A model generated the notes under the pieces. The model saw only the letters and a program-made list of their open reading frames with translations. It made no database searches and was not told the origin of the DNA. Shown here one piece after another: positions 42,184 to 56,560 of a stretch of 64,000 bases of DNA; the stretch's first letter is position 1, and each line of letters starts with the position of its first letter. Origin of the DNA: the human T2T-CHM13v2.0 reference genome, Homo sapiens; the NCBI RefSeq assembly GCF_009914755.1, contig NC_060932.1. One strand, written 5' to 3'. Position numbers and translations under genes: made by a program.

Positions 42184-45100
42184 AATTGTTTCTTTATCCT
42201 TGATTGTAGTCCTCTCTATTTTTGAAAGTATTTTTAGCTGAAATTGAACATCAATGATGTAAAAGTACCAGAAGTCTTACTCTCTAGGGAGATGAATGGA
42301 TTAATAAACCAGGTCTAGCAATACTGAATAATTTGGAGGCAAAAACCAGATTTGACTTACAACAGCCCAGCAGGGCGGCTTACTTTGGAAACATTTTGCC
42401 AGCGCTCTGCTGAGCATACTAAAAATGCATGGTGCTGGCTGACTTCACGCCGGAAGCCCATGGATTCAGCTGCTGAAGAATGATGTGAAATTAGAGAGAA
42501 TGAAATGTGTGATATTACTTAATCACACCTGGTGCTTCAATTTCTTAATAATAGTGCCCTGCTCCACTGTTGAATTGGATACATATATGTATATACTTAT
42601 GAATTATTGCTAGAGGATGGATTAACTCTCTAATGCCTGCCAATCCATTGCAGGGATTGAAAATGCAAATGACAACTAAGTTTTCTCATAAGGAACTCAG
42701 GAACAACGGTTCCAGGACCAGGATTGACATAAAATTACCATGACTTAGGGGAAAGTAGTGAAATGTCACCTCCTAAAAGAAGCCAAAAACTCAGGGTCCC
42801 AAGTTAGGGGAAGGCTTGGGGAAGATTATCTATTTTTACACCCAAAGTATATCCCGGGTTATACTATATGTCTGCTCTGATGACTGAGTGACTTACATTG
42901 CTTTAGATTTCCAGGAGGATGACAAGTACCCAAGAACAGGGAAAGAGAGCCATTTCAGCTTATTTAGGAATGTGTATCTGTGAGGAATTTAAAAGTTTAT
43001 CAATCTGTATATGAATTGATGCTTAGTAGAGATCACCATCCTCCCTCTAGCCCCCCAACTAAGGAGTTGTTACTTTAAGGTATCTGGGGTTTTATCCTGA
43101 GTATCAAACCAAATTTAATCCTGCAGGACCCACATATGTTTTCCTGGTTCGTCAGATACTTTGTGGCAATGGGGTGCAAAACTGGCCTAATAAATCATTC
43201 TCCATAAAAGGCAGCAAGGTGCTTCATCTAATTAAAAAATGCTTATTATGGTTACATGTTCCATTCTTTTGGGACAGGGGGATGCCTTCTACATGATTCC
43301 ATTTAGCAGCAGAATATAAATGCTTACGTATAATTAGCTTAACATAGCCAGCTTTATATCCCATTTACAGTGAAGCAAGTCAACAATGAAAGCAACTAGA
43401 AAATAGCTATTTTGGTCCCTTCTGTAAAGTAACCATGCAGTGGCCTGCTGACATGCACATGAGTGATCCCCCACAGATGCACTACTACGTCAGAGATTTG
43501 TTCAAAAAGATGGACTCAGTGAGGGAATTACATAGGGAATACAAGAATGGACTGCTTAGAATTCTAATGTGATTGATTTTTCAGGAGCATGGGCTTGCAG
43601 CTTTTTGTTTCTGTGTGTGTGTGTTTTTTAAACGACCTCCTGAAAAAATAATTCCTACTGACAGAGATCCAAATAATTGAAAGTCCTCCTGGCTTCTTTC
43701 TTGCTTCTGAAAATCCAGAATGTGTTCTCCATCTCTGTAGCCCTTCATCACAGTGTTTTGGGATGCTCTGATCTCCTCTTCCGAGGCTTGAATTCTCTTG
43801 AAAGCAGAAAATCTGACTCATCTGTCTTTGTCATTCACATCCAAAGCATAAGACATAGTATCCCCATGCCATAGATACCCTATAAACAGGTGTCAATTAA
43901 ACCATTAGTTACTCCACATGGGATTGTTCTGGAGAACAATCAGCAGTCTCCCAGTATATGGAAGAACAATGGATAAATGTCGAGGAAGAGGGGAAAGATG
44001 ATGGGAAATCAAGTGAAGTTTCATTGAAATTAATTCTCTGATACTTAAAAATAACTTCTAAATGGGTCCTTTCAAAATCATGGAATAAGGCTCTATAATA
44101 ATAAAATGTTGATTTAAAATAAAGACCCATTTATTTTGCCATATGGTACATATCTGTGGCCCTTTGAAGATCTTAAGGAGTATTCAGGGTTGAAGGCCCC
44201 AACCTTTTATTGGCAGAAGGGTGGGCAAGTCTGACTGGCAAAGATGGCCTGATTGATGGGGCTTGCACCAAGGTCCTGACATCTCCCATTCAGAAGAGGA
44301 ATCTTGAGCTTGAAAAGTTGTGAATGCCAGGGATTGCTTTTAAGGTTTGCCAGATCTGTTTTCGATCTTCAAAATGCAGACTGTGGGTGACATATTTTCA
44401 CCTGTTTAAAGAGTCTTATTATAGATACTATATATTTATAAGCAAATATATAATAATGTAACAAACAGTTCATATATGTCAGTAATTCCTGATTATATCT
44501 TGGCTCAGGAATAACATGGTCTGCTCTCTTCACCTTTTTCAGTAGACAACCAATAGACATGACCGTGCCTCCTCCCTTCTTTAAACCCCACAGAAACTTG
44601 CCTTACTTTTAGGCTGAAACCAAAATCCTGATTGTAGCTTTATGAGAGGTTACAAATTTTATTGCTTCCCATCTTGGGCCTTCCTTACTATGTGCTTCTG
44701 CTAATTTCTTCATACCAACTTATTTCTAGTCTCTGGGCTCTTCCTACAGGCTGTGCCCTCTATTACACTGCTATTCTCCCTGCTTCTCTGCTTTCCTGGT
44801 TTTTCAATTCTGTTTCAGATTATTGGCAACTTCATTAATAAATCCTTTCCATAACCCGGTAATCTAGGTTCCCCCCTTATGTACAATTATAAAGCAATTC
44901 ATTCACAACTGTTATTTAATAATTATTTGTGCAATTCTTTCTTTAATGCCCATGTTCTATTCTATATTTTAAGTGTGACGATATCCTGGCCCAGCACATA
45001 GGAGGTACGCAACAAAAATATGATGAATGACTGAAAGTGTCTTCAACCTCCATTGACCACAGACTTAAAGTATAAGGCAGTGTGATGTAGTGCATAGCAG

Positions 45101-47267
45101 GTGGATCTCGGGCTGTGTTTGAATTTAGCTTTTGCCCTTGACATCAACAGTGAGAAGTCATGGAACTCACTGAGCCTCACTGTTCTCATCTGTAGGTATT
45201 ATGGTATGCACACAGTGCTGCTTGAAATGATGCTCTTCCTTGTTCATAGTCATATCACTGGTCATATCATCCTATGTGTAACACTAGCCATCTTTTTTGT
45301 TTCTAAGGGAAGGTCTCACATGAAAGCAAGCATCCCATCTTCCTCCCTTCAGTAATCCAAAGAGGAGGAGGCATAAGAAAAAGCTTCTCCTCAGCGCTAA
45401 AGTAGGTTGCTCAACAAAGGCATTTTATAAGCATCTAGAAACCTGCATCAGATGCCACGTAAACAGCCTCGAATTGAGGAAAAACATGTACGTCACCTCC
45501 TAAGAGTGCAGCACAGTTGTTTGCTAAAGATTAAGAGGAAGAAATTTTGGAAAAGTAAACAAAAAAAATCACTAAATTAGGAAGTTGGGCAACATAGATG
45601 AGTGGAAGGAACATGGTACTCTGCAGAAACCCCTTCCCTATCTTGGACATAAGGTCATCTAAGGCCACAGTGGAGTGGCCCACAGAAGGAACAGTGAGTG
45701 GCCAGCCTTGGCAAATTTTTCTCTTACATGGTTTAATTTTTACTTTTAGGTTTTTTGTATTATAAATGATCATATATAAAGGAGTTATTAAAATTATTAT
45801 GATTAAAATTATTATAAATGAAATTAAGTTATATCAAAACTTAAAAATCATTTTAAAAATTAGTATTACTATGAAAAGTTGCAAGGAAACAAACACCTGT
45901 CCATTAGCTCCTGACCTTCAGAAGTGGAACATCAGTGGCATCTTCAAAGGTCTGGAGTGCATCTCCCTGATCCCCGCCCTTCACTCTCCATCTACGATTA
46001 TCACTATGCTGTACTTGTGTTCATTATCCACTTGAAAACAAAAAACGCTTCTACCACCTAGGTAGATATCTCTAGTGTAAACAATGTACTGCGTCGCTTT
46101 GCCTGTTTGTGAAATTCATCTGAATGGGTCATTGCTGCATGTTTTCCATTATTTGACTCTTTTGCTCAACTTTCTTTTTCACATTTATTCATATTGATTC
46201 ATGTGGCTAATTAGGGTTTATATTCCATTGCACAGATATAGCACAATTTATGTCATCATAATTGCAGATGAATGATGGGTTTATGTACAGTTTTGGCTAT
46301 TACTTGACTTTTTTTGTGAACTTCCTCCAACATCTATGGGAGAGGTTCATATTAAGAACCTCTCCCATATTAAGAATATTAATGAGGGCTGAGATGGAGG
46401 GGTAAGGGCAGTTTGTAGGAGGAAGAAGAACTCGCTTGTATGGAACAACATGGAACATGTAGTGTAGGGAATAAAATGCACATGGCTCAATCACACAATT
46501 TTTCTCTAACCCAATTGTCACCAATGTAGCCATTCTGAAAGAAATAGAACAACCATTCTGGAACTAGACAGGATATCATCCCAACTCATGCAAGTTCTAG
46601 CTAATTTGCATGGGTAGACATTTCATGTAAGACACAAGATGTAGCTACGTTGGATTTAAGTATACAGAAGATATGGAGACACAGGCCTTGATGCAAGAGT
46701 TCCTGGATATGTAGAAAAACGTGAAGGCAAAGTTCTATTGCTGGGGCTGCTCACAAACTTGGCTCTTCTCCATGTTCCTTGGGCGGCTGAATGACAAAAC
46801 TTATTATGTGAATACATATCATGCAGATCACAGCTTAAGAGTGCCTGGGAATGCAGAGAAGTCACCTAAGATACCACTGAAGAGTGAGTTTTAAAGTAGG
46901 TCCCAAACATGGAATGAAGAAAGTTCCTCAACACAAAAGGAGGAAATAAACATAACATACAAAAGATTAAAGAATCATATACTTTGGAAGAGACTGATCA
47001 CAAGAGAAATACAAAAGTTTAATGTATCCTCAAAGTAATTATTCAAACCACAAACTTGCTGAAAGACAGGTAATGAGGCAACAGATTGAGATAAAAAGGT
47101 ATCTTATCTTAAAAAAGGAATATAAGTAAGCAAATAATTACACTGCAGAATTTAAAACTCAATGAAAAGCAGTAAAGAGGAGAATCATCCCTTAATGAAA
47201 CAGATTAAACTAGAAAAGTGGGACGGACAGTGGTTCCCAAGCGACATGATCATGAGAAATATGAAGG

Positions 47268-47417
47268 GGAGGGTTGAAAAATTACCTATCGGGTACAATG
47301 TTCACTATTTGGGGGACAAGTATAGTAAAAGCCCTGACTCCACCACCACACAACACATGTGTGTAAGAAATCTGCACGTGTACCTGCCAACTCTATAAAA
47401 ATAGAAAAAAAAGAAGG
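47268..47417 (+). mobile_element. short old L1PA (PA15-17-like) 3' end
   Basis: ttgaaaaattacctatcgggtacaatgttcactatttggg; TSD aatatgaagg (47258-47267 / 47418-47427). Confidence 0.75.
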
Positions 47418-50256
47418 AATATGAAGGTAGGGAAAGACGCATAAAATATACATTCCTAGGGTCAAATGTAGGAAATTTTGATTCAGTGGGTCTTGGGTCA
47501 GGCTAAGAAATCTCTATTTGCAAAAATATCCTGAGATGATGCTGAAAATCAATCTGGTTTAGTAACTCAAAAGGTCAGCACAAACTTGAGACAGTCACCA
47601 GAGTTCAGAGGGAGGAAAAAGGCAAGTGAAAGTGATCAAAGGAAAAAAGATGGACTAAGAACATGGACTTAGTATACACAGCAGATGCACCAGGGGAAGC
47701 AGAAGAGGAAGTAGTTAGAACCCAGGCAACAGAAACCATTTCAAAAATTTATATGGAAGAAAATTTCCCTTAAATGAAAAAATATCTCCAGTTTAAAAGG
47801 CTTTTACTATGGACTTACTGAAAATAGAAAAACACTTGGATCTACTGAATATTAACTCTAAGAAAAAGACACTTCTCAAAATCTTGGACAAAGAAATAGG
47901 GCCCCTGGAAAACAAGATACCAATGACATTTGTCTATGCGGTTTTCAGGGAGAATGGTGATTTTAGGATTCCTAAATTCTTTTATCAGCCCAAGCTGTCC
48001 ATAGTAAGTGAAGGCAGCAAGAAGATATTTTCAGCCAGGGAAGGGCTCTAGATCGCCAATGTTCTCCATGATAACTGAGATTAACCAAGAGTGTGGAAAT
48101 GGAGGCACATGAACATTTTAAAATAACAATTTCTAAGAAGAATGTAAATATTAATCTTGAAACAAGAGGTCCACACATGTGAGAATCAATAATTCAATTA
48201 GTCTAGACTGGGACAACAATCTTAAACTAGAACAACAAAAACTGGGAGGTTGAGGTGGTATTCGTGGGAAGCTGGAGGAGGAAAGTATGGTAATTTCTTA
48301 TTTGTACACAGGGGTGAATCAATGGATTGTTTGTCCTCACTATTCATAATTGGGGAAACCTGAGGTTTAGAACATAGATTTTAAACATGTATTAATATTA
48401 CTTAAACACCTGATAGTAACTATCAGAGGAACTTAAGACAGGTACCACACCTTCCAAATCCCCTAGGTGGGGTGGGGGAAAGGAATCAAAGAAAAACTCA
48501 GGCCATATAGCAAAACTAGCTCCCCCTTCAAAAAAAAGGGGGACAAAGGGAAAAAACTTAAAAAGTCAAATGTAAACTAAGAGAAGAAATAATAGCTTTT
48601 GTAAATATATGTACTCCTGAAAGGCTGAAAGTGTATAACACCAAAATATTAACAGTCATTTCTATGTTTAGAGTAACCTTAGGTTTTTTATTTTTGCAAA
48701 ACTATTTAATTCCCTGACAATGATGACGTATTACATGTGTGACTGAAAATAAAACATAAACCTAAAATTCTCCTTCACTCATATGAATGAACACTGATCA
48801 CAAAGCCACTCATTAAAACTAGAAATGACCAGCGTCGCTGCAGTGGCTGAGATTGGCATTGGCAGTGATTATTCAACTTGTTTCACTAATTTGACTCATT
48901 TCCCAAAACAGGATGTGCAGGTGTCGTTCGTTTATTTAGTCACAACACTGATTACTCTTTACAATTGTGCTCATCCCTGCTTTTTTCAGCATAAGCATTG
49001 CAGTGATAGGAAGGAGCCCTGGGATGATGGCCTGTGTGTGCATGCAGAGGGCATGGGACCTTGGCTCACAGCCGCATGACACTGGGTGCTCTGCCACAGC
49101 GTCATCCCTTGTAGGGCTGTGAGGGTTTACTGTTGACATTCCAATACTGGAGTAACATATGCTTTTCTGCTTTTCTCTCTACTTCGGTCTTAGCCCTCAT
49201 ACTTGCCCCATCACAAACCACAAACTCCAGCCATACCAAACAAGTCCATTTCTTGAATCTCACCACCATCTCTGGAATGCTTTCCCTTGTTAAGTCTCAG
49301 TTCTGGAGTCCCCTGCTTCTTGACCTCCGAACCTCTCCCTTTTAAGGGAAGTTAGGGGCCCTTCTAGTGACCTCATATTTATCTCATGCTTAGTAATTTG
49401 TCTTCCCGAGGAAATGTCTGTCTCATGAGGAAAACATGGGACTCTTGCAGGCAGGGAATGTGTGGTATTTGCCTTCCAGCATTAGCACAGTGCCTGAAAA
49501 ATAGAAGGTACTCACACACAGTTATCGCAGGGAAGGCTTTTCTGAGTTGATTTACTCCAGCTCCCAGCCTCTCCTTCCCTCACTCACATATTTTCCTGGT
49601 GGGAGAGACCCTAAGTTCTAAAAGCCAGTGTCTGCCAGAGGCTTGTTCCTTGAACTTCTAATTTCCAACAGTCACCTCCTCTCTGTGCACAGTTGAGATT
49701 TTTATGCGACAAAATAAGTTGACAGGGGCTCAGTGACAAGTTTGCTGTGTTATGGCGCTCCAACCTCATTGAAAAACCCTTCTCATCTACTTCCTACACC
49801 AAGTTCTACCACTCCCTGGGTAGAAGCCAATGCCCAGGCTTGCTCAGCTTTCTGTATCATGATCCCAAGTGTATCACTTCTGAAAAAGAAGGGATGTTCA
49901 TGAATAGCTGACGTTGATGTTAAAATATTCCCTAGTTGAAGAATTTCCTCACCCACACCTATCTTTTAGAATAAGTTATGATTCTTTTGTTTTTTTTTTT
50001 TAATTTACAAGTTAGGGCCAAGAAGGAGTGTCCCATTTTCAGGACAGATCAAGGGAGTATTCAATACAGAAGGACTTGACTTATAGTAAAGTGTTAGTCA
50101 CTAGGAGCTCAAGAGATACTTTAAAGGACCAGGATTTATGTACCCCATTCTCCTCTAGCCTCCTCTTTGATCACTGACCTTCTCAACCTTTACGGTATAA
50201 CCTTTAATCCAATCACACTGTACTCAGTGATCAAATAGCCCAGGCACCATGCCTCT

Positions 50257-50431
50257 GGTGTGTGTGTGTGCCCGTTGGCGGGGGGCGGGGGTATGTCTGT
50301 GTGTGTGTGTGTGCGTTGGTGGGGGATATGTGTGTGTGTGTGTGCACGTTGGCAGGGGGTATGTCTGTGTGTGTGTGTGTGTGCACATTGGCGGGGGGCA
50401 GGGGTGTGTCTGTGTGTGTGTGTGTGTGTGG
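50257..50431. repeat. compound minisatellite: (TG)n blocks alternating with cgttggc-G-tract spacers
   Basis: Five TG runs separated by four related spacers such as cacgttggcagggggtatgtc. Confidence 0.92.
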
Positions 50432-51038
50432 GAGGGGAGTGTCCCACCCCTTCAGTGCCCATCCTGCAAACCAATAATCCTCTTTCAAGATGCAGCCCAA
50501 ACAGCACATCTTCTGCAAAGCACTCCCACAGTTAGAAATATAAACAAAGTACTATGGAAGAAGCTATTAATACTTATGTCATTGTATTCTAATTTATCTG
50601 TTTACACATCTCTATTTACACATTTATTTAACAACCCGTTATTGAGCATCAGGCACCAATCGGTGAGCTCTTTGAGTACCTGGCCTGTGTCTGTCATTCC
50701 TATCATGCTAGACCTCAACACCGTACCTGGCATAAGCTATGTACACAGTATCTCTTTGGTGCATGAAACAATGATGGAAAGATAAAACCCAGCTCTTTGA
50801 TATTCAGGAATGATTATGCTCATTTTATAGTGAAGAGATGCCTGCCTTTGTATCTAAGATATGTAGGAGATTCATCACAATTTCTTCTTCCCCTTCCCCT
50901 TCCCATTCCTTCCCCCTCTCCTCCCTTACCCTCCTCTTTATTTTTAATAAATAACTCTTATTGTCAGGAAGTTCTTCTCAAATCAAATTGGAATCACATC
51001 TCCCATAATTTGAGCATCATTTGGAATCGGCCTTTCTC

Positions 51039-51327
51039 TTTTGTTTTTGAGACAGGGTCTCATTCTGTTACCCAGGCTGGAGTGCAGTGGAGCGATCATG
51101 GCTCACTGAAGCCTCAACCTCCCAGGCTCAAGCGATCCTCCCACCTCAGCCTCCAGAATAGCTGGGGCTACTGTCATGCACCACCATACCCGGCTAATTT
51201 TTGTATTTTTTAGCAGAGATTGGGATTCACCATGTTGCCCAGGTTGGTCTCGAACTGGTCTCAAGCCATCCTCCTGCCTCTGCATCTCAAAGTGCTGGAT
51301 TACGGGCATGAGACACCATGCCCGGCT
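51039..51327 (-). mobile_element. AluJ SINE
   Basis: gagacagggtctcattctg...ggctcaagcgatcctccc. Confidence 0.9.
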
Positions 51328-52195
51328 CTCCCTTTCTTTGAAGTTGCAATCATTGCTCTTTGTAACTCTTCATATATTTGAAAATTATTCTAACATTTTC
51401 TCAGCGAGTCCCACTTCCCAAACACGTGGTGTGAGAGTTCCAGTTAACTTTACTGTGCTCATGGAGACCAGTTTTCAAGTCTAGATCTCTTTTTAAAATA
51501 TGTTCTCTTGTGTCATGTTGAAGGTCTTTGCATCACACTGCAGTTGTGGGTCCAGAAACGTCCTAGCCCCAGTGAAGGCACAGCCACCACTAAAGGAGGA
51601 ACTTCCTGCATCTCTTAGGAGTACACATGCAAGACCTCAAAGGTCCTCTACCTACTGTGCAATGCTCCCAATGTGGCTCATCCAGGACTGCTATTGTTGT
51701 CTCAACCAACAAATCCAGATTTTCCCTCCTCTGCCATTTGTGCTTGTAACTCGCAGCTTTCCACCAGGATCATGTTTCCCACTCTCTCACCCAATACTGC
51801 AAAGTAGTTGAGGTTGGTTTTCCAAGAAATTGTCTTCCCTCACTATTTAGGGGACTTGACATAAAGCTACTTTGTCCGAAGTCCCAAGTACAATGTCAAA
51901 TCGTACCTAGCAAAGAATTTTCAGGAACTACTGATTCTCCCACAACCTGGTGTGACACACTAAATGCTTTCCCCTTTTATCTTGCTATTCTGAGGGTGGC
52001 ATGCCAGTTTATCATTAAAGTGTGTGCCGAATCTTTCAGTTGTGCCATGCTATCTACCACCCTAGGGAATGGTTAGCCATTGAACATTCTTCCTCTGGCA
52101 CCAGGAATGCAATATGAGATGTCAGGTTAGGTAAAATAGGAACAAGGAAGTAATATGCACTGAGGGCCTTTTCTATGGCAGGTACTGCACTTGTA

Positions 52196-52458
52196 TTTTG
52201 TTTTGGGACAGGGTCACCCAGGCTAGAGTGCAGTGGCATGATCATGGCTCACCGCAGCCTCGACCTGCTTGGCTCAAGCAATCACCTCAGCCTCCCTAGT
52301 AGCTGGGACAACAGGTGCACACCACTAGCCCTCTAAGTTTTGTACTTTTTATAAAGACGGGGTTGCCCAGGCTGGTCTCTAACTCCTGGGCTCAAGCAAT
52401 CCATTGCTTTTGCCTCTGAAAGCGCTGGGATTACAGGCATAAGGCACCACACCCAGCC
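52196..52458 (-). mobile_element. AluJ SINE with small deletions
   Basis: Antisense dimer, diverged. Confidence 0.88.
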
Positions 52459-52921
52459 CACGTTTTCCTTTACTCCTTAAAACCACCTCATGATGTAAGG
52501 AGATGTTACTTCCATGCTACAAATTAGTTCATTAAGATTTGGCAAGATTTGGCATCAGTAATCTGATGCTAGTCACATGATCAGAGAGTGACGGCACAGA
52601 TATTTGAACCCAGCTCTGACTAACTCTAAAACAATACCAGGAGTTTCCTTCTAGAAAAGGTAATTAAACATCAGGATACATTGTCAGAGACGGCTAAATA
52701 TGATCATTTTCTCGAAAGCTTAGAAACAAGCATAATTGCTCTCTTCTATGGATAGGTCATACATGGTTTTACCTAAAATCAGGAGCATGGACAATACAAC
52801 CTTTCAAAGCTTCTTTTGAGTCTATGATTTTTATCATGATAGAATTATCTTAATGAATTGAGGAAGAAAGGGCCTTATGCTTCAGGAATTCCACCCATAC
52901 TGTCTCCATTTGAAATTTTCA

Positions 52922-53638
52922 GTGCATGTGTCTTTATAGCAGCATGATTTATAATCCTTTGGGTAGATACCCCGTAATGGGATGGCTGGTTCAAATGGTA
53001 TTTCTAGTTCTAGATCCTTGAGGAATTGCCACACTGTCTTCCACAGTGGTTGAACTAGTTTACAGTCCCACCAACAGTGTAAAAGTGTTCCTACTTCTCC
53101 ACATCCTCTCCAGCACCTGTTGTTTCCTGACTTTTTAATGATTGCCATTCTAATTACTGTGGCACTATTCATATTAGCAAAGACTTGGAACCAACTCAAA
53201 TGTCCATCAATGATAGACTGGATTAAGAAAATGTGGCACATACACACCATGGAATACTATGCAGCCACAAAAAGGATGAGTTCATGTCCTTTGTAGGGAC
53301 ATGGATGAAGCTGGAAACCATCATTCTGAGCAAACTATTGCAAGGACAGAAAACCAAACACTGCATGTTCTCATTCATAGGTAGGAATTGAACAATGAGA
53401 GCACTTGGACACAGGGTGGGGAACATCACACACTGGGTCCTGTAGTGGAATGGGAGAAGGGGGGAGGGATAGCATTAGGAGATATACCTAATGTAAATGA
53501 TGAGTTAATGGGTGCAGCACACCAACATGGCACATGCATACATACGTAACAAACCTGCATGTTGTGCACATGTACCCTAGAACTTAAAGTATAATTAAAA
53601 AAAGAAAAAAAAAGGAAGAGAGAAATAAAAAAAAAAGA
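52922..53638 (+). mobile_element. 5'-inverted (twin-primed) L1PA (PA4-6-like)
   Basis: Antisense segment 52922-53153 then sense segment 53154-53638; TSD gaaattttcagtgc (52912-52925 / 53639-53652). Confidence 0.93.
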
Positions 53639-53887
53639 GAAATTTTCAGTGCTCCAGATTACGGGACAAGATTATGCAAACAAAGCGGGTCCTAGTAATT
53701 GCTGGCTTGGAACCAGTAATCCATGTCACACGCCAGCTCAGCTTTTGCACATCACTGTCCCTGTACATGCCCTGGGTTTTAAGGTATTGATTGATTCAGA
53801 CCCCTCCAAAGCAGGGAGACCAAGCATGCTATCTTGTCATGCTTTCTTTATTTCACCTTCTAGTCATGTCCTTCAGGGTGGGCAATA

Positions 53888-54474
53888 CAGTAGTGCCCCC
53901 TTATCCACATTTTTGCTTTCTGCCGTTTTAGTTACCTAGGGTCAACCTCAGCCTAAAAATATCACATGAAAAATTCCAAAAATAAACGATTCATAAGTTT
54001 TAAGTTACATACCATTCTAAAGGACATGATAAAATCTCATGGTCTCCCACATGCTGTCCCAAAGAGGGACATAAACTCAGCGTGTATCCACACTGTAGAC
54101 ACTCCCTCCTTAGTCACCGTCTTGCTTCTCAGATGGACTGTCCTGATATTGCAGTGTTTCTATTAAAGTAACTCTTATTTTACTTAGTAATTGATCCAAA
54201 GCTCAAGAGTAGTGATGCTAGCAATCAGGATATGCCAAAGAGAAGCCGTACATTGATTCCTTTAAGTGAAATAGTGAAAGTTCTCAACTTAATAAGGAAA
54301 CAACAAAAAAAATGTATGCTGAGGTTGCTAAGATCTGTGGTAAGAACAAATCTTCTATCCATTAAATTGTGAAGAAACAAAAAGAAATTAATGCATACTA
54401 TACATAGGATGCCAGTTTAAGACTTCCACCAGGGGTCTTGGAAGGTATCCCCTACAGATAAGGGGAGACTACTG
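53888..54474. mobile_element. MER44-type TcMar-Tigger DNA element
   Basis: TIRs cagtagtgcccccttatc / gataaggggagactactg, TA target duplications on both sides. Confidence 0.85.
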
Positions 54475-55478
54475 TACAGCTTTTACTCACTTAACAATGT
54501 AGCACCTATCTAAAGACAGAAGTCTTGGGCCATGAGATTCTAGATTTAAATGTACTGAAATCATCAGGATAGCAGATCACACAGAAAACACTCAACAGCT
54601 AAGCGTAATGTATAACTACTCTACAGATACAAGAAAGGTTGTGAAACTTAAAAGGACAGAAACAAAGATTAGCAAGTAATGTTTTCCCAAAGACATAAAT
54701 TCTTCCCTTTTTGAAAGTGGATCTCTTCAGCTAGAACTGGATGAAGTATGCAGTCAGTACATAAGATGTGCAAGTTAATAACCACTTTTTATTAATAGTT
54801 TCTGCAGCTATTTAATTTTAATAATATTTGATATCAATTCTTATTCTTTGGTCTAATTACCAAGACAGTGAGTTTATGTTTACTTTTTGAATTCCAATGT
54901 GGAAACGGACTAAAAAACAATGTGTTAAAGAATAAAATGAACGCTGATAAAGATAATGTTTTCTCCTCAAAATGTTAAGATGCTGATATACTTTTAGACT
55001 ATGAGGAAGAGAGGAGTTTGGTTGCCATTGCTGTTGTTTTTACCTTTTCTTTTGGGATTTCTACTTGAAGGCATTCAGAATCTATTGAGCAAAGGCAGCA
55101 AATTAACTACTGGTTAAGTATTTCACCAAGTTCTGTTTTGCACACAGAAAGTCATTTCTAACTACAGCTCAGCCTCCCTGGGCTAGAACACAGCCCTGTT
55201 GCTTGGAAATTAACAGGGCAGCAAAGGCATCCCTACCTAACAATTTCCTGACAACCTCATGTTTTTGTTATTTAACATAAACAAATAGAAATCTTCCAAA
55301 ACCCAAATGAATGTTAATCAACACTCCGTAAAATGTTGATCATATCAATATATTGACATCGATACTCTAGCTCACTGGGAGAATCAAGAATGAGCCGCCA
55401 CTTATCTCTAAGATTAAACAAAGATCTTTGCTTCTCTTCTGTCCTGTTTCACTAACAACCTCATAAAGAAAGAAAGGG

Positions 55479-55812
55479 GGCCAGGCACAGTGGCTCACAC
55501 CTGTAGTCCCAGCATTTTGGGAGGCTGAGGTGTGAGGATTGTTTGAGTCCAGCCAGGAGTTTGAGACCAGCCTGGGCAACATAGGGAGACCCTGTCTCTA
55601 CAGAAAATAAAAAATTAGCCAGGTTTGGTAGTGCATGCCTGTAGTCCCAGCTACTTGGGAGTCTGAGGCAGTAGGATCACTTGAGGCTGGGGAGGTGAGG
55701 GCTGTAGTGAGCTCTGATTGTGCCACTGCACTCCAGCCTGAGCCACAGAGTGAGACCCTGTCTTAAAAAATAAAGAGAAAAGAAAGAAAAGGAAAGAGAG
55801 AGAGAAAGAAAA
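55479..55812 (+). mobile_element. AluJ SINE with GA-rich tail
   Basis: ggccaggcacagtggctcac...gagaccctgtctt, purine-rich tail. Confidence 0.9.
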
Positions 55813-56384
55813 ATGCACAAGCTGACACTTTGCTAAACCTACTATAGAAAGAAAAAAGACAATTCCTCGAAATGCATGGGGATGGTAGGTGGAAGGGGAG
55901 CAGGCTGATTACAATCAGGGCCTTCCTCATATCTCTGTTAAAAAATCAAGCAAAACTCTGGTGTCTATCCTAAATCTTTTGGCTGCCGCCGCAGCTCTGA
56001 GGAGTGGTGCTGATCACGTGGCCTCGCTGCGTTTCTGTGGTCTGTGCAAGCACAGCCTGATGGAATGATGCGGCAGTGATTTTGTTCTTGCTTTTCTGAT
56101 GGGTCCCTGAGGGTGATTCTGAGTAATTTTGTCTCTGTTCCTGCAGCTGCGATGGGTCAGTCCTCTCTTTCTCCTCCCTATGCACTCACTTCAACACTGA
56201 GAGGCTGTCTCTTCAGAGCAGGTGGTTTGCAGCCCCTTGCCCCTGTCAGGGCTCCTCCAGGGCACGTTTTCACACATCTTGTAGTTTCATCTGGGTATGG
56301 GTGTGAACAGAGGCCAAGCACAGATGAAATGGTGTTTCTGAATAAAAGAATGTGCTACCCAGGCGGCATGACCGGCATTTAATT

Positions 56385-56560
56385 TGCTGCCTGTGTTCAA
56401 TAGACTGTGAGCTCCTCAAGGGCAGGGATCGTGTCTCATTTGTCTTTGTACCCTCGGTGACTAACACACATTCCTTTGTTCATTCATTTATTCAACAAAC
56501 ATTTACTGAGAGCTGGAGGAACAAGATGAATAAGGCACAGGCTTCAACAAAGAAGTAGAC
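56385..56560. mobile_element. tail-to-tail L2 3' fragments
   Basis: tagactgtgagctcctcaagggcaggga (sense) then ttcattcatttattcaacaaacatttactgag (antisense). Confidence 0.65.

Noticed and set aside
50190-50785. Cluster of long ORFs up to 178 aa
   Set aside because: Open only because of the TG/CA compound repeat (VCVC/HTHT peptides)
50881-50940. Polypyrimidine tract with H-DNA potential
   Set aside because: Ordinary low-complexity sequence with no long mirror symmetry
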